Source of the DNA: Paraspadella gotoi
Lineage: Eukaryota > Animalia > Chaetognatha
Direction: 5' to 3'
DNA: 64,000 nt
NCBI GenBank assembly: GCA_051294375.1
Contig: CM119270.1
Span: 21,440,456-21,504,455 of the forward strand
The translations under genes were made by a program, and so were the position numbers. Positions 48,601 to 58,292 of this stretch are shown here, piece by piece; within the stretch, counting starts at the first letter, position 1, and each line of letters begins with the position of its first letter. The notes beneath the pieces were generated by a model that saw only the letters and a program-made list of their open reading frames with translations, ran no database searches and had not been told where the DNA came from.

Positions 48601-51600
48601 AATATTAAAGTAAAATTATTTTAGAATTTTTAAAGGTTTGAATGAATCAAACTTCTATGTATAATTTTTTTTATTTTTAAAACACGTTTCCCAAAATCCA
48701 GTATAATTTTGTAAGTAATTTTGATTGTTTTGTTTAAAATTTTACTGTATGTAAGGTGAACAAATGTCTTTTTTGTTTGTGGTGATAGCACTGGCTTATT
48801 TGGAGTGTCACATTCATTTTTGTTATTTACAATGACAACCTACCATTTCTCATTGTTTTTTATCTCACTTGGAAATTTTCAATTTTGTTTAAAATTTTTA
48901 AACATTCATTTGGGAATCACTTTTCTCACTACTAAATTGACTTCACAAAACATTATTGTCTCATTGGTATATTTATGTATTGTAAAACCTTTTTTTTAAA
49001 TTCTCAATTCTTATATTTCCTTGCCGTCAGGAATACCTGAACGACATGGAGATTTCCTCAAAAAAACTGCTGATAAACTTCGAAGTCCTGCAGAGAGGAA
49101 TGCAGGAATTTTGGAAGGCCATTTCTGCCAACGAGGATTACAGAAAGTGAGGACTGGGGCTGTTAGTGTTTGGTGCTTGTGAATGATTGCTTTGTTACTA
49201 TTTGCCATTCTTTAATTTAGTTTTTTTTATTTTAGGACACTCTTAATACTTGGCGAATATGTTGATAAAATTTAGGTTTAATAATAAAAAAATCGAGTTT
49301 GGTAAATTTTTGTGCAAATAAAGGTGATTATTCAGACTGAGGTCCTATGGGATGAATTTAGATCAGATTAGGTTATATAAAATTGGTTATATAAAATTGG
49401 TAATAAGTTGAAAGTAGTATTTTTCACAATTTTCCTTAAAAACCTTATCTTTACGCTGTCCCCTAATCTTGCCTGGCTCGACTCGGCTAAAAAATTGGCA
49501 AGCTAAAAATATTCCGACATATATTATCTTTGTATCATTGTTACACTATGCCTCCCCTCTTACAGGCTCCACTCGGCCGACAAATCGGCAAGTCTTAGAG
49601 CCTTCACCGAATTCAAGCAGAGGCTGGCCGCGTTGTCGGCTATGAGGAAAGAGTTGGGTCCATCCAAAGTTGTCATCGAACCACATCGATATTCAGACGA
49701 TAGCGGAGGGGTCATTGAAAACATCCATGTCAGATTAGGGGATATGACGGAGGAGTTACAAGGTATGAACTGTCTCTCTCTCTATCTCTCTCTTTTTCTT
49801 GCTCTCTCTTTCATCCATGTCAGTTTAGGAGACATGACAGAGGAGTTACAAGGTATGAACTGTCTCTCTCTCTCTCTTGCTCTTGCTCTCTCTTTCATCC
49901 ATGTTAGATTAGGAGACATGATGAAGGAGTTAAAAGGTTTGAACTGTCTCTCTCTGTCTCTTGCTCTCACTCTCTCTTTCATCCATGTCAGATTAGGGGA
50001 TCTGACGGAGGAGTTAAAAGGTTTGAACTGTCTCTCTCTCTCTCTCTCTCCCACTCTCCCACTCTCCCACTCTCTCACTCTCTCTCTCTCCCACTCTCTC
50101 TCCCCCCCTCAACAGGATACGAAGGAGATTCGGAAAGTAATTCGTCAGCGATTGACGTCTTTGCATCGGTTTTAGAAACCGGAAGAAAAATCATGGATAA
50201 ATTCGTTTCTGGCAACCAAATCACGACGTCATTTTTAAAGTTAGTAAATGACTATTTTGATATTATTATAATTTATTATTATTGTCGTTTATTAGCTTCT
50301 TTGTTTCGTCTGTCTGTCCGTCTGTTAGTCTTTCCGTGAACATTACGTTTTAAATAAATAAGGATTCTAAAGCAAAATTCGTTACGGAAAAAGGTGCTAT
50401 GGTCTAAATCACGTGTTTTCGGAGATCCAATGAAAAAATGTTTTGTGCGTAACCAATGAGGAAGAGGCAAAGATGAGGAGGAGGAAGAGGAGGAGAAAGA
50501 GGAGAAGGAAGAGGAGAAGGAGGGCATTTAATATCATCGAAGTATTGTGTATAGATTTTTTAAAAAAGAAAAGTTAAAAGCGTATATGAAATAAAGGGAG
50601 TATGGCAACGGGAGGATAGCCTGTGATACCCGGGGCGCGGGGTATCTCACCAACTGGCGTAGGGGCTGCGGACCCTCAGTGACCGCCTCCTGTCACTGGC
50701 ATGTTTATACCGGCACCGTCACATTTAAGCCAGAACCGGGATACCCAGGGATTGAACCCGGGACGCACGGATGGAATGAGATGATTTAGCCTGCTCAGCC
50801 ATTGAGACGAGGCTGAGGACGGACAGCAGTGAGGCAGCTTTAAGTCTTGCTGCCACAGGAGGGTATTTTTGAAAAATAATTCAATACAAATTAATAACAA
50901 ATTAATGACATTGGTGTTCAGTCCAAAATTAAAAGCTTTAATCGAAATTGTTAACCCCTACCCCAAGTTGATAAACGTTATCAAAAGAAGCAAAATAATT
51001 TTAAAACCAAAAATTAATATATGCAATTAACACATTGTAATCATTCTAAATAGTATTTTCTTATTTTTATTTCAGAGACAACTTTCTCAGCATTTACTTT
51101 TTCTACCGTGAATTGAATTACCAAATCATCGAATCGCAAGGAGCCTACGGGTTAAAAGATCTAGCTTGTAAGTGGAATTGTAGTATTTGTTAGTTAATTT
51201 TTATTATGAATAATAGATTCGTATTAAAATTATTTTTTTAGTTGCGCAACTCTATAAGTCACTTTTTGGTAGGTCGGTCGGTCGGTAAGTCTATCCGTCG
51301 GTCTGTCCATTTATGTTAAAAATGCATATAATTTTCCTATAGTTGATCACTCATTTGTTAAGACAAGAAAAAACCTCAAATCTAGGGGACTCCTAGCGCC
51401 GCCTTAAGCAAATCCTAAAACTATAAAGGGGCGAAGAAAGTCTTTTAGTCATGTCATATCATGTAATGTCATATCATGTGATCAAAGGGAAATACACGTG
51501 AAAATAAAATCACTGGGGCGCAACACATTGAAATTACCGTTCTTGTTTTTCCTAATTTTGACTGTCCCTAAGTTAGCCTAACCTTCCCCAGCCCGGTCTT

Positions 51601-54600
51601 TCCTAATCAAGCTTTGATCTGACCCGTTCTGTCCTTTGTCCTTTGTCTAATGATCTCCCATGTCCTTAAAACCGATCACTATAATTTTTGAAGAGGTCAA
51701 GATTCGGATACAAGCCCGAGTTTCACTCACCTCTATTTACCTCCCTCAATTCCAGCAAACTCTTTTCTCCTCAGCCATCCTAATNNNNNNNNNNNNNNNN
51801 NNNNNNNNNGTGACCACAATTGTACACAGGACTATGACCCAAATACTTGCGATCGCAGCTCCAAATTAACTCATCCATAATCACGACTGACCTGATCTGC
51901 ATTGAACCGACCACAACCCAGTCCCTTCTACCTTCACAACTGACCCGCCCCCGCCCCTAATGTAGCCATGGATCCCCTGGCCTCACAACTGAGCCTGACC
52001 CAACCCTTCCTTAAACATCTACCCTCCAGACCCACTCTGACCTCAACTGACCCTATCCGCCTTAAACCATTACCCGTTCTGACCTCTTCGTGACCTAAAC
52101 TGACCCTACCCCATATCCTTAAAGCTTACCCTACGTGACCCCCCCTTGACCTAAAACTGACCCCTTACCCATTTCAAGATCTATACCCTTCCTGATTCCA
52201 CAAACTGAGCCTTATCCTGGTCTTTAAACTTTCTTTCCTGACCCTTGTACCCAAAGACCCATACCCTCTTAATATATACCACCAAAACCTCCTCTGCTGA
52301 CCACAAATGACTACCTACCTCGTCCATATAAGACTACCCCTCATTGATATCTCCTCTGACCTCAGACTGACCCTACCCACCTAAACTTCGACTCTCCTGA
52401 CTCTCATACTGTACTTCCTTAAACGTACCTGCTGAACCCCTACCTTAAGACTATGCTAACACCTCTCCTGTAACCCCACTGCTACCTCAACCTTACCGCT
52501 CACCTGCAGTTAAACTTTACCCTTCCTGGATCCCCCTACCTCATACTGACTCTAGCCTCTTCAAAACTTGATACCCTTCACTGACCCCTGACCATCATAT
52601 CACCTAACGCCCTTAAATGATCTACCCTTCTTGACCCCCTCTGATGACTCAATACTCCTACCCGTCTGTACTTATAACTTTACCCTTCCGACCCCTCTGA
52701 CCCGAAAAATCAACCTAGACTGCCTTAAACTTAACCTTCTTGACTCCCCTCTGAACCTTCAACTGACCTTACCCGCCTTAAACTTACCCTTATCTCTCTC
52801 TTTTTTGATTGAAAGGGGGATGAATGGTAAGGTGATTGGTAGTTGATTGGTCTTTTTGTTTGAAAGGGGGATGATTGGTGAGGTGATTGGTAGCTGATCG
52901 GTCTTTTTGATTGAAAAGGGGATGATTGTTATTTTATCAATCAATGATTTTTGCCTTGATTTGTCACAGATTTGTCACAGATTTGTCACAGATTGGTCTT
53001 TCATTTTGATTTTGATGGTTTGCTGATTGGTTCTTGATAGGTTATTCATAGCACCACGGACCTCGGTTTCCCTTNNNNNNNNNNNNNNNNNNNNNNNNNN
53101 NNNNNNNNNNNNNNNNNNNNNNNNNNNNNNNNNNNNNNNNNNNNNNNNNNNNNNNNNNNNNNNNNNNNNNNNNNNNNNNNNNNNNNNNNNTGTTGGCCTC
53201 TGATTGCTACTTAATTTTGGGGGTGATTGGACTCTGATTGAAGGCTCAGTTTGGTTTCTGATTATTTTTCTTCAAATTGATTTTCTTATGTATCTAAAAT
53301 ATCAAACGTTGCGCCTTTTCTTTCCCCCCGAAACCTATTTTTCTCTTTCAACAAACGCGACAATAAAACTCGAACCTTCTACAAAATTAACAACAACAAC
53401 AACAATTAACAACACTGACCAACACCGCCCAACCCTCAGAGCAAAAGGCGGGAAGAGAGAAAGGCCAAAAAGGCCTTAGCTTCCGCCCCCGAAGATTTGG
53501 AGGGAGACGAAGGAGAGAGAAAATCTTCGTTCCCTAATCTCTACTCTGCCGATTCCCCCGACGCTCCCCCCCCGAGCAACCACGCCAACAGTCACGCCAA
53601 CAGTCACGCCAACAACGCCCCGGCGCTCGACGCCCCCCCGGCGCCCAACGATTCCGAAACGGCGCCGCTCAAGCACACGCCGCGTTACTATAGCAACCAC
53701 AATTTCGATGACAGCAACGAGGCGATTCCCATGTGAGTTTAATTAATTAATATTAATAATAAAATGAATTAAATATTATTATTATTAATAATGGTCGTTG
53801 ATAATGTTTTATTTTATCTTATTTCTTTCATGAAAATAATTATTACCTAAAAACCTATTTAATACTTTTACATAATTAATTATTAAAATATTAAAATTCT
53901 TCTGTTGAGTTCTATTAAATTTAAATTAACTTATATAAAATTAACTTTTATTAAATTAACTTCTATTAAATACAAACAAAAAAACCTCATAATTCTTATT
54001 CTTCTTTTTAACTGTAGGGAACGCGTAGTGTAAAATTGTAGGCAACAAATGAATTTTTAGCCAAGGTGGGTCGCTTAAATTTACAAATAATTGGTACAAG
54101 TACAAATAATACTCTCATATTCCATTTACAAGCAATAAACAATGTAAATTATACAACTAATATATTCAAAATTAAAATAAACTTGTTTTACAAAATAATA
54201 ACTAATAAATCACGGCACACTACTTAATATGGGTCACTCGTCTTTTAACAGTTAATTGGGTACTTATTTATTTTTTATTCATTAATTACTGCTTATTTTT
54301 CTTATTATTGGCAGAAATGTTCGATAATATAATCGGGATTATTCTAATGTGATTGACTTTAATAATATATAAATAATATTTCCCTTTTCTTTTCTTTATC
54401 CTAGACTTTTTAACTTAAATCTGTTGATGATTCTCTTACTCTTCCTTTCTTCTGCTTTTTAGCCTTATCTTTTGATACCTCTCTCTTAACTATCCCTTTC
54501 TTATACTTTTCTTATGATGCCACTTTCCTTCTTATTCTTCTTTCCTATCTTAATTCTTCTTTCTCTTTTCTCACCTTTCTTTCCACATTAAATCTTCAAC

Positions 54601-55026
54601 CTGACTTTCTTTTCTCCCCTTCTTCAACTATTCTATCTTCTTGCCGTTGCTCGCTCCCATTCCTCCACTCTCCTCCCTCCTCCCCTCTTCTTTCCCGTTC
54701 TTTCTCTTCCAATTTCTCTCCTGCCGGTCACTCTCCCCGCTCCTCTCCCTCCTCTCACTGCTTTCCCTTCCCCTTTTTCCCTCTCGTCTCCCTTCCTCTT
54801 ACTTCGTTCTGCTATCTCTCTCTCTTGCTTCCCTGTGCCCTTCTCTCTCTAGCCCATTCATCTCTCTTCTTTCCCCTCATACTTCTCTTCCTCCTCCTCC
54901 TCCCTACCCTCCTTTCCCTTCCTCCCGCTTATTCTCCTTCCGTCTTCCTCCGCTCGGACTCTCCTCCCTCCCCCCCGCAGGTACGGCGTCCCGTGCGACG
55001 ACGGCCGTCCCCATCGGCGTGTTTAG
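33069..55026 (+). CDS. DEG/ENaC (ASIC-like) channel subunit with a giant extracellular insertion; exons 33069-33205, 34412-34579, 35649-35834, 36576-36711+ (runs into gap), 37779-37960, 38385-38450, 38647-38791, 39059-39133, 39520-39595, ~40149-40317, 41178-41288, 41460-41601, 42136-42283, 44155-44229, 45172-45317, 46013-46149, 47497-47625, 48440-48556, 49031-49146, 49566-49762, 50116-50239, 51076-51167, [TM2 exon not seen], 53440-53732, 54981-55026
   Basis: N-terminal FTQNTTMHGFRYIF (HG motif); TM1 RLLWILVVIGCFMAA; LPFPAITICNQNQFR; TDHGVCFTFN; GLKLQINVEQYEYMRGPHDSAGLKILIHDP; thumb cysteines CKLDCKTQFLVRRCGC and CFCPDRC; pre-TM2 DNFLSIYFFYRELNYQIIESQGAYGLKDLA. Splice phases are consistent. 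Exon 10 has indel noise, exon 15 has an in-frame TGA, and the TM2/GAS exon is probably in a gap. The last exon is uncertain. Confidence 0.9.
33290..33345 (+). mobile_element. tRNA-derived SINE head remnant (same family as 10700-10853)
   Basis: aacccaagggtcccgggttctagtcc (B-box region) resembles the intronic SINE in SREBP. Confidence 0.45.
37907..38262 (+). repeat. Degenerate ~70-bp tandem copies of the DEG/ENaC exon 5 end plus donor
   Basis: gcgaagccgtggcgcctgagaccgtcacgctggtcgggctgagacttttggag|gtcagtagct is followed by two or more decaying copies (gcctgagacc...acgct...tttggaggtc...gtagctgggctgg). Confidence 0.8.
39820..40080. repeat. Pyrimidine-rich ~33-bp minisatellite (ctctctcccatctcctccttccactccctcccc)
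   Basis: Multiple imperfect copies in DEG/ENaC intron 9. Confidence 0.75.
40375..40709. mobile_element. Second copy of the MITE-like element
   Basis: Left end ggcgatatttttcgggaaaactcctctatttctgttcctttat; right end ttgggcattctgggtaaataaggcc; internal aaccctaacc repeats; shares atttctgttcctttat with the 32013 copy. Confidence 0.55.
41255..41330 (+). repeat. 38-bp tandem duplication of the DEG/ENaC exon 11 end plus donor
   Basis: gaatctgtacctcgtattggagtacattctgtcggta starts at 41255 and again at 41293, identical over 37 bp. Confidence 0.95.
43612..43705 (+). ncRNA. Degenerate hammerhead ribozyme motif (copy 4 of the HHR element family)
   Basis: tattgca-CTGATGA-agaac aaaacaat gatt-GAAA-catg-TC-tgctaata, followed by aataaataaattcgttgtgaaaaatcaaa, which resembles the right arm of the 13.3 kb copy. 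Stem II is weakened. Confidence 0.6.
44545..44708 (+). mobile_element. SINE-like remnant related to 50600-50810
   Basis: Body motif ggtggtcactgcaggtccaaagccc resembles ggcggtcactgagggtccgcagccc in the 50.7 kb copy; degenerate A/B boxes; truncated by an N-gap. Confidence 0.4.
46403..46587. mobile_element. Hammerhead-bearing Penelope/retrozyme-like insertion (copy 2) with fold-back arms and 12-bp TSD
   Basis: TSD aaagctaaagtt at 46391-46402 and 46588-46599; 55-bp inverted arms at 46401-46455 and 46493-46547 (8 mismatches); minus-strand core CTGATGA-a-gactc-gaacccaaa-gagtc-GAGA-catg-TC; tail acaacgaaaagaaaggattatcaca. Confidence 0.82.
47601..48370 (+). repeat. 45-bp minisatellite (~17 copies) derived from the DEG/ENaC exon 17 end plus donor
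   Basis: Unit cagattgcggcatatccctcagagg|gtaggttgggctctttacgg starts at 47601, 47646, 47691, 47736 and so on. The first unit overlaps the exon. Confidence 0.95.
49722..50040 (+). repeat. Four tandem copies (periods 90/84/84 bp) of the DEG/ENaC exon 20 end plus donor and (CT)n
   Basis: catccatgtcagattaggggatatgacggaggagttacaag|gtatgaactgtctctctc starts at 49722, 49812, 49896 and 49980. Confidence 0.93.
50600..50810 (-). mobile_element. tRNA-derived SINE-like element
   Basis: Minus strand has A-box tggctgagcagg and B-box ggttcaatccc with tRNA-like spacing, followed by a GC-rich body in an AT-rich intron. Confidence 0.6.
51850..52790. repeat. Degenerate C-rich minisatellite (ctgacctcaactgaccctaccc...cttaaac...tacccttc)
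   Basis: Recurring actgaccct, ccttaaa and acccttc motifs at roughly 50-55 bp spacing across ~900 bp. Confidence 0.65.
52800..52930. repeat. ~52-bp tandem repeat (tttttgattgaaagggggatgattggtgaggtgattggtag)
   Basis: About 2.5 copies. Confidence 0.8.
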
Positions 55027-57028
55027 AAACAACGTGGCCAATTCTTTCATGAGACAAAATTCCAGCATCGACGTCGGAATTTGAGAGAAAGATAGAGAGG
55101 GGGGGGTGTTGAGAGAGAGTGAGGTGAGAGAAAGATAGAGACAGAGATGATTTGAGATGAAAATAAAAGAAGGGCGCGAGAAACGGGATTAGCAAAGAGA
55201 CTCGGCGACCAAAAACGATAATATAAAGTGGTAATAAATATTAATATTAATGAATATCATTTTCTTTTTTTTTTTCTTTAGACTTAGTATGCCAGTTTAA
55301 TTTAAGCGCGTATAATCGGTTAATTAGCAATTTATTTTTAACTAGTTTTTTTTTTTGCCCCTAAATTTAATTCAACCCTTTCCCATCCTTTCACCGGGTA
55401 CCGGGTGGTTTAAACGAAAAATAATAAACCCCGGAGGTCGAGCTTTTTCGAATTTCGGCTTTTAAGGTTCTTTTTTTTTGGGTGAATCACCCGGTAATAT
55501 TCACCCTTTCTCTTTCCTCCCTTCTTATCTTTCTCCCCACACCCTTTGCCTTACGCCGTGAAATTTCTTTGTACTTTAGACTTAGTGTATTACATAATAC
55601 ATTGCATAGTAATACATATTTGACGTAGTGTGTGAGCTCGCGATCAAAGATTATTAAGTGGCCTTTTCCTCCTGCAACCAAAACAAAAAAAGAAATTAGT
55701 TGTTTATTTCTACTACATGGTGCCTCTGTTTTTTTGTGACGAATTTTTTGAAGCACAAACTACGAAAAAAAAAATATTTGCCTTTTCAAAAAAAAAAAAA
55801 ATAAAACCGGAGCAATAATAAAAACTGTGAATACAATAAACTTTTATTAGTAAAAAAAAAAAGTTTCAAAAGCGGAAGCATCTTTCGAGTTTCCAGGAAA
55901 ATGACGGCTTCAGTGTAGTTATTAAAATTATTATTACAGAATAAAAATTACTGAGCTTACATATCATATTATACATATTATTTTAATTTATATTACCTAG
56001 TTTTAATAATCTTTTAATTTAATTAATAATTTATTTATTAATAATTATCTTCCTTTACTTTTTATTCAATTTTACGAAGCCGCTAATCCTTTCCTGGACA
56101 CCGACAGATGCTCGTTATACCTTTAAACATATTGTTTATAATTTGCAGTTTGCGACGTTTAGTTTCGATGATTCTACTTCACAATATCAGGTTAAGGAAA
56201 AGAAAATGCTGATTTTTTTAATATTATTGTAGTATATTATATACTATATTATATAGAATATTATTGTTGTAGACAAATTTGGTACCGACTGAGTTTTTTC
56301 ATAATACTAACCCAAATTCAAGACGTCAAAAAAAGGATGTAAGAAGACAATTAGCAAATTTAAGAGAATTTATTGTATCCTTACATTGTGATCGAGAATA
56401 CTAATACATTTTTTTTCTTTTTCGTTCGTTTTTTTTTCTGTTCCACAGAATTGTTGTAATTATTCCGCCTCTATTTTGCATGCCAATCAGTTGTCAATGT
56501 TTATTGTCGTTGAAACGGAATCTCTTGACATTCGATATCATATCGTGAGAAAAAAAAACATTTATTATAGCTGATCGTTAATACCAAAAAAAATGTTGTG
56601 CCATTAATCGTCATCCCCACTAACCGCTTAATGAAATTAAATAATAGTAATCCATTACTATTGACGAGTAATTAAATGTCTCCGTTCATTATTTTCGTTT
56701 TTATTCCTTTCGTGAAGTGAGATGTAGTGAGGTTTTTCTTGATTTTTCTGTGAAGTCGCGTTTCTAATTGTTAAAAGTTTAAGATTAACGATACCAAAGT
56801 TTGTTTGATTCTTTATGAATAACTCGAACACTCCTGCAACATTTTCGGTTTTATCTTCTCACGAATAGTATTCAAAATCTACATTAACAATACAATAACA
56901 AATATAATAACAATGACAAACATCTCATTCTTTATACGAATTAAAATCCATTCAAAAAATCCCGCGATTTTCTCAATCCACCCCGACACCATCACCTCCT
57001 CTCACCATCGCCTAAACTGCGCCGGATC

Positions 57029-57086
<58 letters not shown>

Positions 57087-57299
57087 CCGCCTCGACGCGG
57101 TATTTTTTCCCGTTTCTCTCCTCAGCGACGTCAGCCCGTAGCAACGGAGCGGCGAACCTTAGCTGCTGCCCTTTCTCTCTCTCTCTCCCGCTGTTGCTAA
57201 CGTCATTCTCTCTCTGTGTGTTTCAGTCTCTCGCTCTCTCTCTCTCTTTCTGTGTCCGTCTCTCTCTCCTCTCTTCCCCTATCGCTCTCTCGCTAGAGC

Positions 57300-57476
57300 G
57301 CAGCAGCCTTCAATTTATTCAAGGATCCCGCTTCTACATAGAGGACGCTCTTTTCTATTATCGCCATCCGCCATTTTGGATTATCTATGTCGAATTCTCG
57401 TCTGGATTTTACGCAATTTTTACGGATTTACGTCGAATTCCGGGGATTTTTGGATCATACACGTCTACGCTTCAAG
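57300..57476 (+). other. Probable non-coding first exon of a downstream gene
   Basis: CpG-rich stretch after (CT)n blocks, a YY1-like ccgccatttt, and a consensus donor caag|gtaagt at 57476/57477. A further candidate exon at 62281-62355 (ttttcag|...tag|gtgagc). No coding product can be identified. Confidence 0.4.
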
Positions 57477-58251
57477 GTAAGTGCGGTCCCGTCATCCACT
57501 GGTCACTTTCTGGCTTTCGATTTAAGCCTTTTTCCTATTTTTTCGGCCTAAAATTGTAAAATCTGGATCTTGCGCTGCGCCTGGCTAATCAGCTGATTCC
57601 AAACTAGAAATTCGGACGGGTTTTCGTACGAATTTCGGTCTGAAAGCATTTTTAACCCAAAGCTGACCGGATTATGCGGACGTTTTCGTTTAGTATATCT
57701 CTTATTCCTGCGTAGAATTACCGGAACGCGTAAAAAACAGAAAATAAGCTATCTGCCTCCGCAGAGCAGCGGCGGAGCAGCGGCGAAGGCTTCGCTTTCT
57801 ACGCCGCAGCCTCTTTTACTTCTTTACTCGATGTTTGGAAGATAAATGAGCAAAATACGACTTTAACTTGGATGTATGACCAGTTATCTAGACTACCCCT
57901 TTTATAAAACTAACCATTTTCTAAACAAAACTAGCTTTTTCTACTCTTAAACTACCTTTTTTCCACTTTTCACTTCCAAAGGAACATTTTGGTGATTTAG
58001 GCTATAAGCCAACTGGGGGTGAAAAGGGGGAGATGTATTGAAATTAAATTGAATATTTGCCAGTTTATTTATTTTTTTCTTTTTATCAAAACAAATTTTG
58101 AGAAACCACCCGCTAACATATTATCATTCATCTACGCTTAGTATCGTTTCTCTCTGTTCGCCTCTGTTATCATTCGAACTCTCTCTCTCTCTTTCTCTCT
58201 CTCTCATTTCCCCACACACATTCTCGATTCGCTTCTAAGTCCTAACGAGCT

Positions 58252-58292
<41 letters not shown>

